This document shows positions 36,637 to 44,699 of a stretch of DNA of 64,000 nucleotides, piece by piece. Position numbers and translations under genes: made by a program. Every line of letters starts with the position of its first letter. Within the stretch, counting starts at the first letter, position 1. The stretch comes from Planctomycetota bacterium (lineage in GTDB: Bacteria > Planctomycetota > UBA1135 > UBA2386): positions 3,776,001-3,840,000 of the forward strand of contig JBKAGP010000001.1 in NCBI GenBank assembly GCA_046290465.1, given 5' to 3'. The notes below the pieces were generated by a model. That model was not told the DNA's origin and ran no database searches. It worked only from the letters and a program-made list of their open reading frames with translations.

Positions 36637-37314
36637 CTACAGCGGCTGCGTCGGCGTGCGCTTGAGCAGCCAGGTGCCGAAGTAGAACAGCGGCGTGTCG
36701 GCCAGCGCGACCAGCGCCTTGAACAGCCACAGGTCCAGGACCGTCGACAGGATCTGGTCGGACTCCCAGACGCCCGCGAACAGCACCAGCACCACCAGCA
36801 CCGAGTCGAGCAGCTGTGAGAGCACCGTCGACGCGTTGTTGCGCAGCCAGAGGTGGCGGCCGTTCGTCAGGTCCTTCCAGAAGTGGAACAGGCGAACGTC
36901 GACGAACTGCGCGAACAGGTAGGCCGTCATCGAGGCGGCGATCACGCGCCACGTGTTGGAGAAAGCCTGCCCGTAGGTCTCGTCGCCGACGGGGCTCCCC
37001 TCGATCGCGGGAAACTGTGCCCCGAGCCACAGCGCCAGCAGCGCGAACAGCGACGCGGCGAAGCCGGCCCAGACGACGCGGTTGGCGCGGCGTCGGCCGT
37101 AGAGTTCGGACAGCAGGTCGGTCGCCAGGAACGTGATCGGGTACGGCAGCGCCCCGGCCGACAGCGTGAACACCTTGAAGCCGAGATCGACCGTCAGGAA
37201 CTTGTTGGCGATCAGGTTGCAGGTGACCAGCGACGACAGGAACACCGCCGCCAGCACCAGGAACACGAAGTCGACCGGCCGGTCGCCCGCGTTGTCGAAC
37301 TCGACCGCCGTCAT
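36637..37314 (-). CDS. Queuosine precursor transporter (VUT/YhhQ family)
   Basis: NLIANK, YPITFLATDLLSELYG, ASMTAYLFAQFVDV, WLRNNAST..SQLLDS, LADTP. Confidence 0.9.
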   Translation of the reverse strand: MTAVEFDNAGDRPVDFVFLVLAAVFLSSLVTCNLIANKFLTVDLGFKVFTLSAGALPYPITFLATDLLSELYGRRRANRVVWAGFAASLFALLALWLGAQFPAIEGSPVGDETYGQAFSNTWRVIAASMTAYLFAQFVDVRLFHFWKDLTNGRHLWLRNNASTVLSQLLDSVLVVLVLFAGVWESDQILSTVLDLWLFKALVALADTPLFYFGTWLLKRTPTQPL

Positions 37315-37317
37315 CGC

Positions 37318-37959
37318 CTACTCCCAGCGCAGCGTCTCGATGAACCCGATCACGCCGCCACAGTTGATCTGGTGGCACTGGATGCAGGCGTTGACCACCG
37401 CGTTGTAGGTCTCCTTGTCGGGCGCCTCGTCGAACGCACGCACGGTCGCGAGGTAGCTCTGGGCGCGGCCGTCGTAGCCTTCGTTGCGCTCCTTGGGGTT
37501 GGTCGGCCACGCGCACCGCATCGTGCGATGCGTCGGGAACAGCTTCTCGACCGACTCGCCGTTCTTGACGCGCAGACGGTTCTCCTTCAGTTGATCGACG
37601 AACCGACGCATCAGCACGGCGAGTTCGCTGTCGCCGTTGGGGTTGCGCGGCGACTCGATCAGGTGCCCAGGCGCACCCGGCTTGTTCGGGTCGAGCACCG
37701 TCTGCAGGTTGCAGTCGGAGTCGTCGTAGGCACCCTGCCCGGACGGGTTGTCTGCGGCCCCTCCCTGCTCGGGCCGATCGGCGCCGGCGGCACCGGTCGG
37801 GTTGTCTCCGGATGGGGCCTGACCGGACGGGGTCTGACCGGATTGGGCCTGACCGGATTGGGCCTGACCGGATTGGGCCTGGCCAGATTGCGTGGGCTCG
37901 TCCGCGGTGCACGCGACGAAGAACAGGGAGAGGAACGACAGCGTCAGGAATCGGGACAC
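37318..37959 (-). CDS. Lipoprotein c-type cytochrome (C-terminal CxxCH) with QSGQA-repeat linker
   Basis: GTG 37959, lipobox FVA|C, NPNGDSELAVLMR, CIQCH near the C-terminus. Confidence 0.7.
   Translation of the reverse strand: MSRFLTLSFLSLFFVACTADEPTQSGQAQSGQAQSGQAQSGQTPSGQAPSGDNPTGAAGADRPEQGGAADNPSGQGAYDDSDCNLQTVLDPNKPGAPGHLIESPRNPNGDSELAVLMRRFVDQLKENRLRVKNGESVEKLFPTHRTMRCAWPTNPKERNEGYDGRAQSYLATVRAFDEAPDKETYNAVVNACIQCHQINCGGVIGFIETLRWE
37808..37890. repeat. In-frame 15-bp tandem repeat (about 5 units) encoding QSGQA
   Basis: GGCCTGACCGGATTG units with variants. Confidence 0.85.
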
Positions 37960-38002
37960 GGCAGTCGCGATGCTGGGCCCCGATCGCTCGCCTTGCAAGC
38001 CG

Positions 38003-38172
38003 CTAGCGGGCAAAGCCCCGTCCGCAAGCGTACACGCCGCTTTCGCGATCACGGTTGGCAGCGCGTCCACTACCTGGACGCGCTCCTAGCGGGCAAAGCC
38101 CCGTCCGCAAGCGTACACGCCGCTTCCGCGATCACGGTTGGCAGCGCGTCCACTACCTGGACGCGCTCCTAG
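38003..38172 (-). mobile_element. Two head-to-tail copies of the 83-bp CTAG-bounded element
   Basis: CTAG at 38003, 38086 and 38169; the two units differ by 1 nt; reverse orientation relative to 17414-17500. Confidence 0.8.
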
Positions 38173-39164
38173 GGCCAGAACGCGCGCCTGGCGGACGTTC
38201 CGAGCAGCTGCCCGGACGGCGAGACGACCAGCCCCTGGCAGAACCACTCGGTGCCGGGCGGCAGCGACGGCATCGCGATCAGCAGCTGGTCGGCCACGAC
38301 GAAGCTGTCGACCGCGACCAGCTGCGTCAGCGTCGGCGTCCACGCGACCGACGTCGACTGCAGACCGAACGCGAACAGGCCCGGCTGGCCGGTCGGATAC
38401 AGCCGCAGGTCGACGACGTTGTCGCGACGGTGCTCGGCATGGAGCTGCGCCGTCGCGCTGGCCCAGCCGAACCCCTCGATCACCGGCTGCCCCGGAAAGA
38501 ACCGCACCTCGAACGTCAACCCGGCGCCGTGCCCGTCGAACTGGCCGTTGACCGCCGATGCGCCGGCCGTGTTGTCGACCTGCAGCTGGATCGGCACGGG
38601 CTGCGCGCCGATCACCAACGGCAGATCGAGCGCGATCTCCGACAGCGACGGCGAGAACACTTGCGACGACGCGGCGACCTCGACCGACCCGTCGGCGCCG
38701 ACGTCCATCGCGACGTGCGCCGCGCCGATGTCGTACTCGTAGCCCGAGTAGACGACCTGCAGGCGTCCGCGGGTCGGCTGCATCGCCGCCAGCGTCAGCC
38801 GCACCGTCGCCTGCATGCTGGTGCTCACCGCTTCGGCGACCGGACCGGTCGGCGGGCTTGCAACCGCGCTCGCCGACGACTCGATCGCAAACGCGAACGG
38901 CGCGACCTGGTTGGACACCGAGTCGAGCACGGTCACGCTGCTCTGGCCCGAGCTCGCACCGAACGAGGCGGAGTTGACGAACACCGTGCCCGGCGGCACG
39001 ACGCCAGGCTGCGCCGACACGTTGCTGACGACCGCCGCGGCATAGCTGGGATTGACGGTCGCGCTGGCGCTGCCCCCGGTGACCTCGATCGTCATGCTGA
39101 CGTTCTGGGCACAGAGGCTGCCGGCGCACGCGATCGCCACGATCGAATACTGTCTCACCTTCAT
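38169..39164 (-). CDS. Secreted hypothetical protein with shared C-terminal domain
   Basis: MKVRQYSIVAIACAGSLCA|Q; MPSLPPGTEWFCQGLVVSPSGQLLGTS; its TAG stop lies in the element's CTAG. Confidence 0.75.
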   Translation of the reverse strand: MKVRQYSIVAIACAGSLCAQNVSMTIEVTGGSASATVNPSYAAAVVSNVSAQPGVVPPGTVFVNSASFGASSGQSSVTVLDSVSNQVAPFAFAIESSASAVASPPTGPVAEAVSTSMQATVRLTLAAMQPTRGRLQVVYSGYEYDIGAAHVAMDVGADGSVEVAASSQVFSPSLSEIALDLPLVIGAQPVPIQLQVDNTAGASAVNGQFDGHGAGLTFEVRFFPGQPVIEGFGWASATAQLHAEHRRDNVVDLRLYPTGQPGLFAFGLQSTSVAWTPTLTQLVAVDSFVVADQLLIAMPSLPPGTEWFCQGLVVSPSGQLLGTSARRAFWP

Positions 39165-39242
39165 CGCAGTGGGCGATCGTAGCGCCGTCGGGGAAGACGC
39201 GCCCCCCCCACCCTCAGCACCGACCTCGACCTTGGTGACCCA

Positions 39243-39740
39243 TTGAAAGGAACGCCGACCCACCCCCTGCTGATCCTCTGCGTGGCCCTGTTCGGCCTGC
39301 TGATGATGCTCCCCGACCTGGACCACGCCTGGTCGGGCCTGCCCGATGGCACCTGGCCGACGAGCGAGGCGAGGGTCGTCGCAAGCGAGGTCGAGGCCCA
39401 CAGCAACTACAACAGCGCGACGCACGTCCACTCGACCCACTACATCGCGCGCATCACCTATCGCTACCAGCACGAGGGCACGTCGTACGACTCGTACTGG
39501 TGGAACCCCGGTGGCTCGCGCTCGTTCGCCGACAAGCAGGACGCGCAGGCGGCGGTTGCGGCGAGCCCGGTCGGCGCTTCGCTGACGGTGCACGTCAACC
39601 CCAAGATCCCGTCGCGCGCCGTCGTCGACCCCACGCCGCCGCAGGACTACGGCGCGTGGTTCGTGCGCGGCGGCATCATCATCGGCATCGCGCTGCTGAT
39701 GCTGGTCGTCGAGATCGTGCGCCGCCGCCGCTCGGCGTAG
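39243..39740 (+). CDS. DUF3592-like membrane protein
   Basis: TM, WPTSEARVVAS, ITYRYQHEG, PVGASLTVHVNPKIPSRAVV, TM; TTG start uncertain. Confidence 0.75.
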   Translation: MKGTPTHPLLILCVALFGLLMMLPDLDHAWSGLPDGTWPTSEARVVASEVEAHSNYNSATHVHSTHYIARITYRYQHEGTSYDSYWWNPGGSRSFADKQDAQAAVAASPVGASLTVHVNPKIPSRAVVDPTPPQDYGAWFVRGGIIIGIALLMLVVEIVRRRRSA

Positions 39741-39761
39741 CCGCGACGCGCCCGTCCGGCG

Positions 39762-40214
39762 CTACGGCTTGCCGTCGCCGCTGCGCGTCTCCGTCGGCGG
39801 CGACGTCTCGGGCGGCTTGCGCAGCTCCATCGCCTTCTCGAGGCCGACGACCTTGACGAGTTCGGCCCACGAAGGCTCGTACTCGATGTAGACCTCGGTC
39901 GTCACCGGCGTGACCAGCAGCGTCAGCGGCCAGTAGGCGAGCGAGTAGTTGACGGAGCCGGTCTGCACGACCCGCACGCGCGTGCCGTCATGCCGGGCGA
40001 TCGCCGCGGTGGTGACGTCGACCATCTCGTCGAGCGTGATGTTGCCGAGCAGCGGGATGAACACGAGCAGGTTGATGCCGACGTTGGTGGTCGCCTTCAT
40101 CAACACCGGCCGGCCCTCGGGGTCGAGCCGACCGTTCCAGTGGGTGGCGGTGCTGGTGAACGAGCAGGACGTCAGCGCGCCGGCTACGGCTACGGCGAGG
40201 ACACGAAGTCGCAT
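39762..40214 (-). CDS. Small lipoprotein, unknown function
   Basis: GGAGG RBS, lipobox LTS|C. Confidence 0.7.
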   Translation of the reverse strand: MRLRVLAVAVAGALTSCSFTSTATHWNGRLDPEGRPVLMKATTNVGINLLVFIPLLGNITLDEMVDVTTAAIARHDGTRVRVVQTGSVNYSLAYWPLTLLVTPVTTEVYIEYEPSWAELVKVVGLEKAMELRKPPETSPPTETRSGDGKP

Positions 40215-40280
40215 GGCTACACCCTCCATGAACGTGGCCGGCGCGGCCAGCATCGCGGCAGGAATCGCCGCGCCTCGCTG

Positions 40281-41294
40281 CTAGGAGCGACCTTCCGTTC
40301 TGCCGACAACGCCGGCCGACATGGCCTGCTGCAGCGCCCGCTGCAGCTCCCGTTCGGCGCGCTCGGGCAGGCCGCGCTGGATCCAGACGACCTCGGCACC
40401 GGCCAGGCCGCGCGGCGCGCGCGGCAGCGGCATCGGCGGCGAGACCGAACGGCCGGCGCTCTGCAGCGCGTAGACCGTCCCGGTCGCCGCGCAGCGCGCC
40501 ACCATCTTGACGCGCAGCAACCGCTCGCCGTCCAGCTGTGTCGCCAGCCGCAGCCACAGCTGCAGGGCATCGATGTCGACCGGAGCGTCGCCGCGCACGC
40601 TGCGGGTGACGGCGGCGCCGTGGTCGACCGCGCCGGACTCACCGGCAGGCATCGTGACCAGCCACCGATGCGCCATGCCGTCGCCACCGAACGGCGCCGC
40701 GAACAGCCAGTCCAGGTCCACGGCACCTTCACCGGACTCGCGCACGTCCCGGCCGCCGAACTGCTCGGCCAGCAGCTGCCGCAGCGGCTCGACGCGCTGC
40801 GGCGCGACGTCGCACCGGGTCAGCAGCACGCGATCCCCGAGGTCGAGCTGGCGGCGGAACTCCGGCTCGGTCTCGAGCAGCCGCTCGCCGCGTTCGCAGT
40901 CGACGACGGCGATCACGCCGCGCGGCGCGACCAGCCGGCCGAGGCGCGCATCGGCGGTCAACGCCCCGAGCATCGGCGCCGGATCGGCGAGCCCCGACGT
41001 CTCCAGCACGATGCGGTCCGGCCCGAGCGCCTGCAACCGCAGCAGCGACTCGTGCAGGTCGTCGCGCAGCGCGCAGCAGATGCAGCCGCCTGGCAGCGTC
41101 AGCACGTCCTCGTCGTAGTCGACCAGCAGGTGGCCGTCGATCGGCAGGTCCGCGACCTCGTTGACGAGCACGGCGATCCGTTCTCCGGTCGCCTCCAGCA
41201 CGCGTCGCAGCAGTGTGGTCTTGCCGCTGCCGAGAAAACCGGTCAGCACGTGCAGCGGCGTCGGCGCGGTCGGGGATCCTGGTTGCGGAGTCAT
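40281..41294 (-). CDS. CobW/COG0523 G3E-family metallochaperone GTPase
   Basis: LTGFLGSGKTTLL, AVLVNE, GCICC, ETSGLADP, CobW_C-like LLRVK. Confidence 0.9.
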   Translation of the reverse strand: MTPQPGSPTAPTPLHVLTGFLGSGKTTLLRRVLEATGERIAVLVNEVADLPIDGHLLVDYDEDVLTLPGGCICCALRDDLHESLLRLQALGPDRIVLETSGLADPAPMLGALTADARLGRLVAPRGVIAVVDCERGERLLETEPEFRRQLDLGDRVLLTRCDVAPQRVEPLRQLLAEQFGGRDVRESGEGAVDLDWLFAAPFGGDGMAHRWLVTMPAGESGAVDHGAAVTRSVRGDAPVDIDALQLWLRLATQLDGERLLRVKMVARCAATGTVYALQSAGRSVSPPMPLPRAPRGLAGAEVVWIQRGLPERAERELQRALQQAMSAGVVGRTEGRS

Positions 41295-41324
41295 CGCGGC
41301 GGGTTCGAAGCTACCATGCGGGCG

Positions 41325-42191
41325 ATGGCCGAACCGTACCTGATCGACGCGCACGTCCACCTCAACAACTACCACGAGGCGACCCGCAAGCCGACGGTCG
41401 ACAACGTGCGCGAGCTGGTCGAGAAGATGGACGAGATCGGGGTCGACCACGCGATCGTGATCACGTCCTACAAGGTCGACCTGGATCGGCCGAGCGTCGA
41501 GCAGGTGCTCGAGTCCCTCGCCGACAGCCCGCGCGTCACGGTCGTCGAAGGCCTGCGCTGGCGCGGCGAGCAGCGCACCGACCTGTTCACGCTCGAAGAA
41601 CGCATCCGCGACGGTCTCGTGCGCGGCATCAAGCTCTACCCGGGCTACGACCACTATCCGATCAACGACCCGTCGCTCGAGACGGTGTTCCGGATCGCCG
41701 CCAAGCACGACGTGCCGGTGATGATCCACACCGGGGACACCTATTCGAAGACCGCGAAGGTGCGGATGGCGCACCCGCTGCTGGTCGACGACATCGCCGT
41801 CGACTACCCGGACGTTCGCTTCGTCATGTGCCACCTCGGCAACCCCTGGTTCCAGGACGCGGCCGAGGTGCTCTACAAGAACGACAACGTGTTCGCCGAC
41901 ATCTCCGGCCTGACGCTCGGCGAGTTCACCTACGAGTTCGAGCGCTACGTCGCGATGCGGCTGAAGGACATGATCACCTACATGGGCGATCCGGGTAAGC
42001 AGCTGATGTACGGCACCGACTGGCCGCTGGTCCGCATGAAGCCCTACATCAAGCTGCTGCACGAACTCGAGTTCGACGACGAGCAGTTCGAGAACGTCTC
42101 GTGGCGCACCGCGGCCCGGGTGTTCGGGATCACCGAGTCGCAGCTGGCGAAGAGCCGGGCGGCGCGCGGCGGTGGGCCGGGCGCGGGCTGA
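41325..42191 (+). CDS. Amidohydrolase_2 family metallohydrolase
   Basis: IDAHVH, GIKLYPGY, VMIHTG, MCHLGNPW, ADISG, YGTDWP. Confidence 0.9.
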   Translation: MAEPYLIDAHVHLNNYHEATRKPTVDNVRELVEKMDEIGVDHAIVITSYKVDLDRPSVEQVLESLADSPRVTVVEGLRWRGEQRTDLFTLEERIRDGLVRGIKLYPGYDHYPINDPSLETVFRIAAKHDVPVMIHTGDTYSKTAKVRMAHPLLVDDIAVDYPDVRFVMCHLGNPWFQDAAEVLYKNDNVFADISGLTLGEFTYEFERYVAMRLKDMITYMGDPGKQLMYGTDWPLVRMKPYIKLLHELEFDDEQFENVSWRTAARVFGITESQLAKSRAARGGGPGAG

Positions 42192-42195
42192 CGCA

Positions 42196-42846
42196 TCAGC
42201 GCAGCGAACGGATCGCCGCCAGCGTCTCCTCCGGCTCGGGGCGCCGCGTGTAGTCCGGGTCGGCGTCGATCCGGTGGATGCGGCCGCCGGCCGCGACGAC
42301 GATGCGCGTCGACAGCGGCAACTCCCACGAATCGTCGCCGTTGTGGTCCGGCAGCGAGATGCCGGCACCGAGATAGACCTGGCGCAGGTCCTCGGGCAGC
42401 GTGAACACCAGTCCGAGCTGGCGCGCATACGCGTTGCCGGAGTCACGGAGCACGCGGAACGTCAGGCGATGGCGTTGCCGGACCTCGGCGTTCTTCTCGA
42501 TCGACTGCGGTGAGATCGCGACCAGGTCGGCCCCGAGCTTCTGCAACTCGTCGTGAACCTGCTGCAGAGCGTACAGCTCCGCGTTGCAATAGGGTCACCA
42601 GACGCCGCGGTAGAACGTCACGACCAGCGGCCCGTCACCGTGCAGGTCGACGGCTCGCACGGCGTGGCCGTTCGTGTCGGGCAGCTCGAACGGCGGCAAT
42701 GCCGCGCCGGGTCGGGGCAGGCGGTCGAGGATCCCGGAGTCGCGCAGGTCCTGGGTGGCGCGGTTCATGATCGCCTTGGCTTCGGGCGGCGTGCGCTCGG
42801 CCGAGGCCTGCTTGAGACGGTCCAGTCGTTCTTTCAGAGTCGGCAT
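42196..42846 (-). CDS. Selenocysteine-containing AhpC/TSA (peroxiredoxin-like) protein, UxxC motif (UGA at 42597-42595)
   Basis: Track ORFs 42595..42846 and 42196..42546 are in frame; read-through gives GPLVVTFYRGVW-U-PYCNAEL...GADLVAISPQ...DYTRRPEP, matching the FYRGxWCPYCN pattern. Confidence 0.9.
42564..42582 (-). promoter_or_regulatory. Putative bacterial SECIS of the AhpC/TSA gene
   Basis: GCGGAGC-TGTAC-GCTCTGC (7 bp including one G-U) starting 12 nt after the UGA; G at loop position 2. Confidence 0.75.
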
Positions 42847-42977
42847 GACGGGCTTCGATCGGGGTTGCAGGGTTGGATCCTGCGGTCGGCGTCAGGCGTG
42901 CCTGCTGCGGGCCAGGATTTCCGACGGACGTGTCGACCCCGCAGGGCCGCCCCACAAGGGCCTTGCCGCGAACCTCC

Positions 42978-44630
42978 CTACCGCTCCTCGACCGTCATGT
43001 AGTAGTTGCGGTCGAGTTCGAACGACTCCAGCGCCCCCTCGACCGGCACCCGCACCTTCTGCTCGCCGACCGTCACGCGCCGCTCGGCGCCGTTGACCGT
43101 CACCGCGACCGGCACCTCGAAGCCCGGCACCACCCCTTCGAACCACAGCACCAGTTCGCCCGCGTCGTCGTCGAAGCTGCGGCACAGCACCGGGATCCTG
43201 GTCGTGCGCAGGTACTGGTCGAACACCTTGCCGAAGTCGAACCCGCACTCGCGGCTCATGTAGGCCTCGAACTCCGCGGTGCCGATCGTCTGGTGCCAGA
43301 AGTGCTCGTTGAGGCCGCGCAGCACCTTGCGCCAGCGCACGTCGTCGTCCAGCACGTGCCGCATCGTGTGCAGCATGTTGCCGCCCTTGTAGTACATGTC
43401 GCCCGAACCCGAGTGGTTGACGCCATACGTGCCGATGATCGGCCGGTCGTTGCGGATCAGCGCGCGGCACCCGATCACGTAGTCCTGCGCCTCCTTCTCG
43501 GTGAAGTGGTATTCGACGAACAGGTTCTCGGCGTAGTTCGCGAAGCTCTCGTGGATCCACATGTCGGCGGCATCCTTCATCGAGATGTTGTTGCCCCACC
43601 ACTCGTGCGCCGACTCGTGCACGACGATGAAGTCGAACTTCATACCGACACCGGTCCGACTCAGATCGCGGCCGCGGTAGCCGTTCTGGAAGCCGTTGCC
43701 GTAGGTCACCGAACTCTGGTGCTCCATGCCGAGGTAGGGCACCACGACGATCTTGTAGCTGTCCTCGTAGAACGGGTAGCGGCCGAACCAGTGCTCGAAT
43801 GCGGCCAGCGTGCGCGGCACCTCCGCAAACTGCTTCTTCGCCTGTTCGACCTGGTGCGCCAGCATCCAGTACTGCAGATCGAGCGTGCCGCCCTCGCCCT
43901 CGTAGGTGCCGTCGATCGACACGTAGTTGCCGATGTTGACGTTGACGCCGTAGTTGTTGATCGGGTTGGTGACCTGCCAGTGGAACGTGCTGCGCTTGCC
44001 GTCGTCGCTGTCGGAGCGCTCCTTCAAGCGGCCGTTGCTGACCGCGACCAGCCCCTTCGGAACGGTCACGCGCACGTCCATGCCGCGGTCGGGCTCGTCG
44101 TAGCCGTGGTCCTTGTTGGGCCACCAGATGCTGGCCCCGATCCCCTGGCAGGTCGTCGCGATGAAGTGGTCGCCGTGGTCGTCCTTGCGCCACGAGAACC
44201 CGCCGCTCCACGGCGGGCGCGTGCTCTGCCGCGGCCGGCCGCCGTAGGCGAGCCGCAGCTGGTAGTCGCGCCCCTTCTCGAGCTCGAGGTCGCCGAGCGA
44301 GATCCAGTAGACGTTCTGCTGGCGCTCGAACGCGAGCACCGCGTCCCCGATGCGCGCCTCGTCGAGCTGCAGCGGCGGCTGCAGGTCGATCTGCATGCGA
44401 TCGCCGGCGTCGAGGACCGCGAACGTGATCACGTTGACGCCCTGGATCGACTTGCTGTCGGGGTGCACGTCGAGCGACAGGTCGTAGTGCCGCACGTCCC
44501 ACCAGGCGCGCTCGTCGGTGATCGAGCCGCGGCGGACGTCGTGCTCGGTGAAGCCACTCGGGATGGCCTTCGGAGCGGACTGCGCGAGGCACGCGCTGAG
44601 CGCGGACAGGACGGCGACGATCGAACGCAT
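42978..44630 (-). CDS. M1 family zinc aminopeptidase, secreted
   Basis: WWDVRHYDL, GMEHQS, VHESAHEWWGN...WIHESFA (HExxH...E), MYYKG. Confidence 0.92.
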   Translation of the reverse strand: MRSIVAVLSALSACLAQSAPKAIPSGFTEHDVRRGSITDERAWWDVRHYDLSLDVHPDSKSIQGVNVITFAVLDAGDRMQIDLQPPLQLDEARIGDAVLAFERQQNVYWISLGDLELEKGRDYQLRLAYGGRPRQSTRPPWSGGFSWRKDDHGDHFIATTCQGIGASIWWPNKDHGYDEPDRGMDVRVTVPKGLVAVSNGRLKERSDSDDGKRSTFHWQVTNPINNYGVNVNIGNYVSIDGTYEGEGGTLDLQYWMLAHQVEQAKKQFAEVPRTLAAFEHWFGRYPFYEDSYKIVVVPYLGMEHQSSVTYGNGFQNGYRGRDLSRTGVGMKFDFIVVHESAHEWWGNNISMKDAADMWIHESFANYAENLFVEYHFTEKEAQDYVIGCRALIRNDRPIIGTYGVNHSGSGDMYYKGGNMLHTMRHVLDDDVRWRKVLRGLNEHFWHQTIGTAEFEAYMSRECGFDFGKVFDQYLRTTRIPVLCRSFDDDAGELVLWFEGVVPGFEVPVAVTVNGAERRVTVGEQKVRVPVEGALESFELDRNYYMTVEER

Positions 44631-44664
44631 GGGCAACGTTGTAGACGATCGTCGCCCGCATGGT

Positions 44665-44692
44665 AGGCCGCCGGCGGGATGGCCGGCGGCCT
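44665..44692. terminator. 11-bp stem hairpin between the beta-helix gene and the M1 peptidase
   Basis: AGGCCGCCGGC-GGGATG-GCCGGCGGCCT. Confidence 0.5.
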
Positions 44693-44699
44693 GCGATTC

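Noticed and set aside
38003..38172. Possible CRISPR array
   Set aside because: The units repeat in full with no unique spacers, and there are no cas genes in the window
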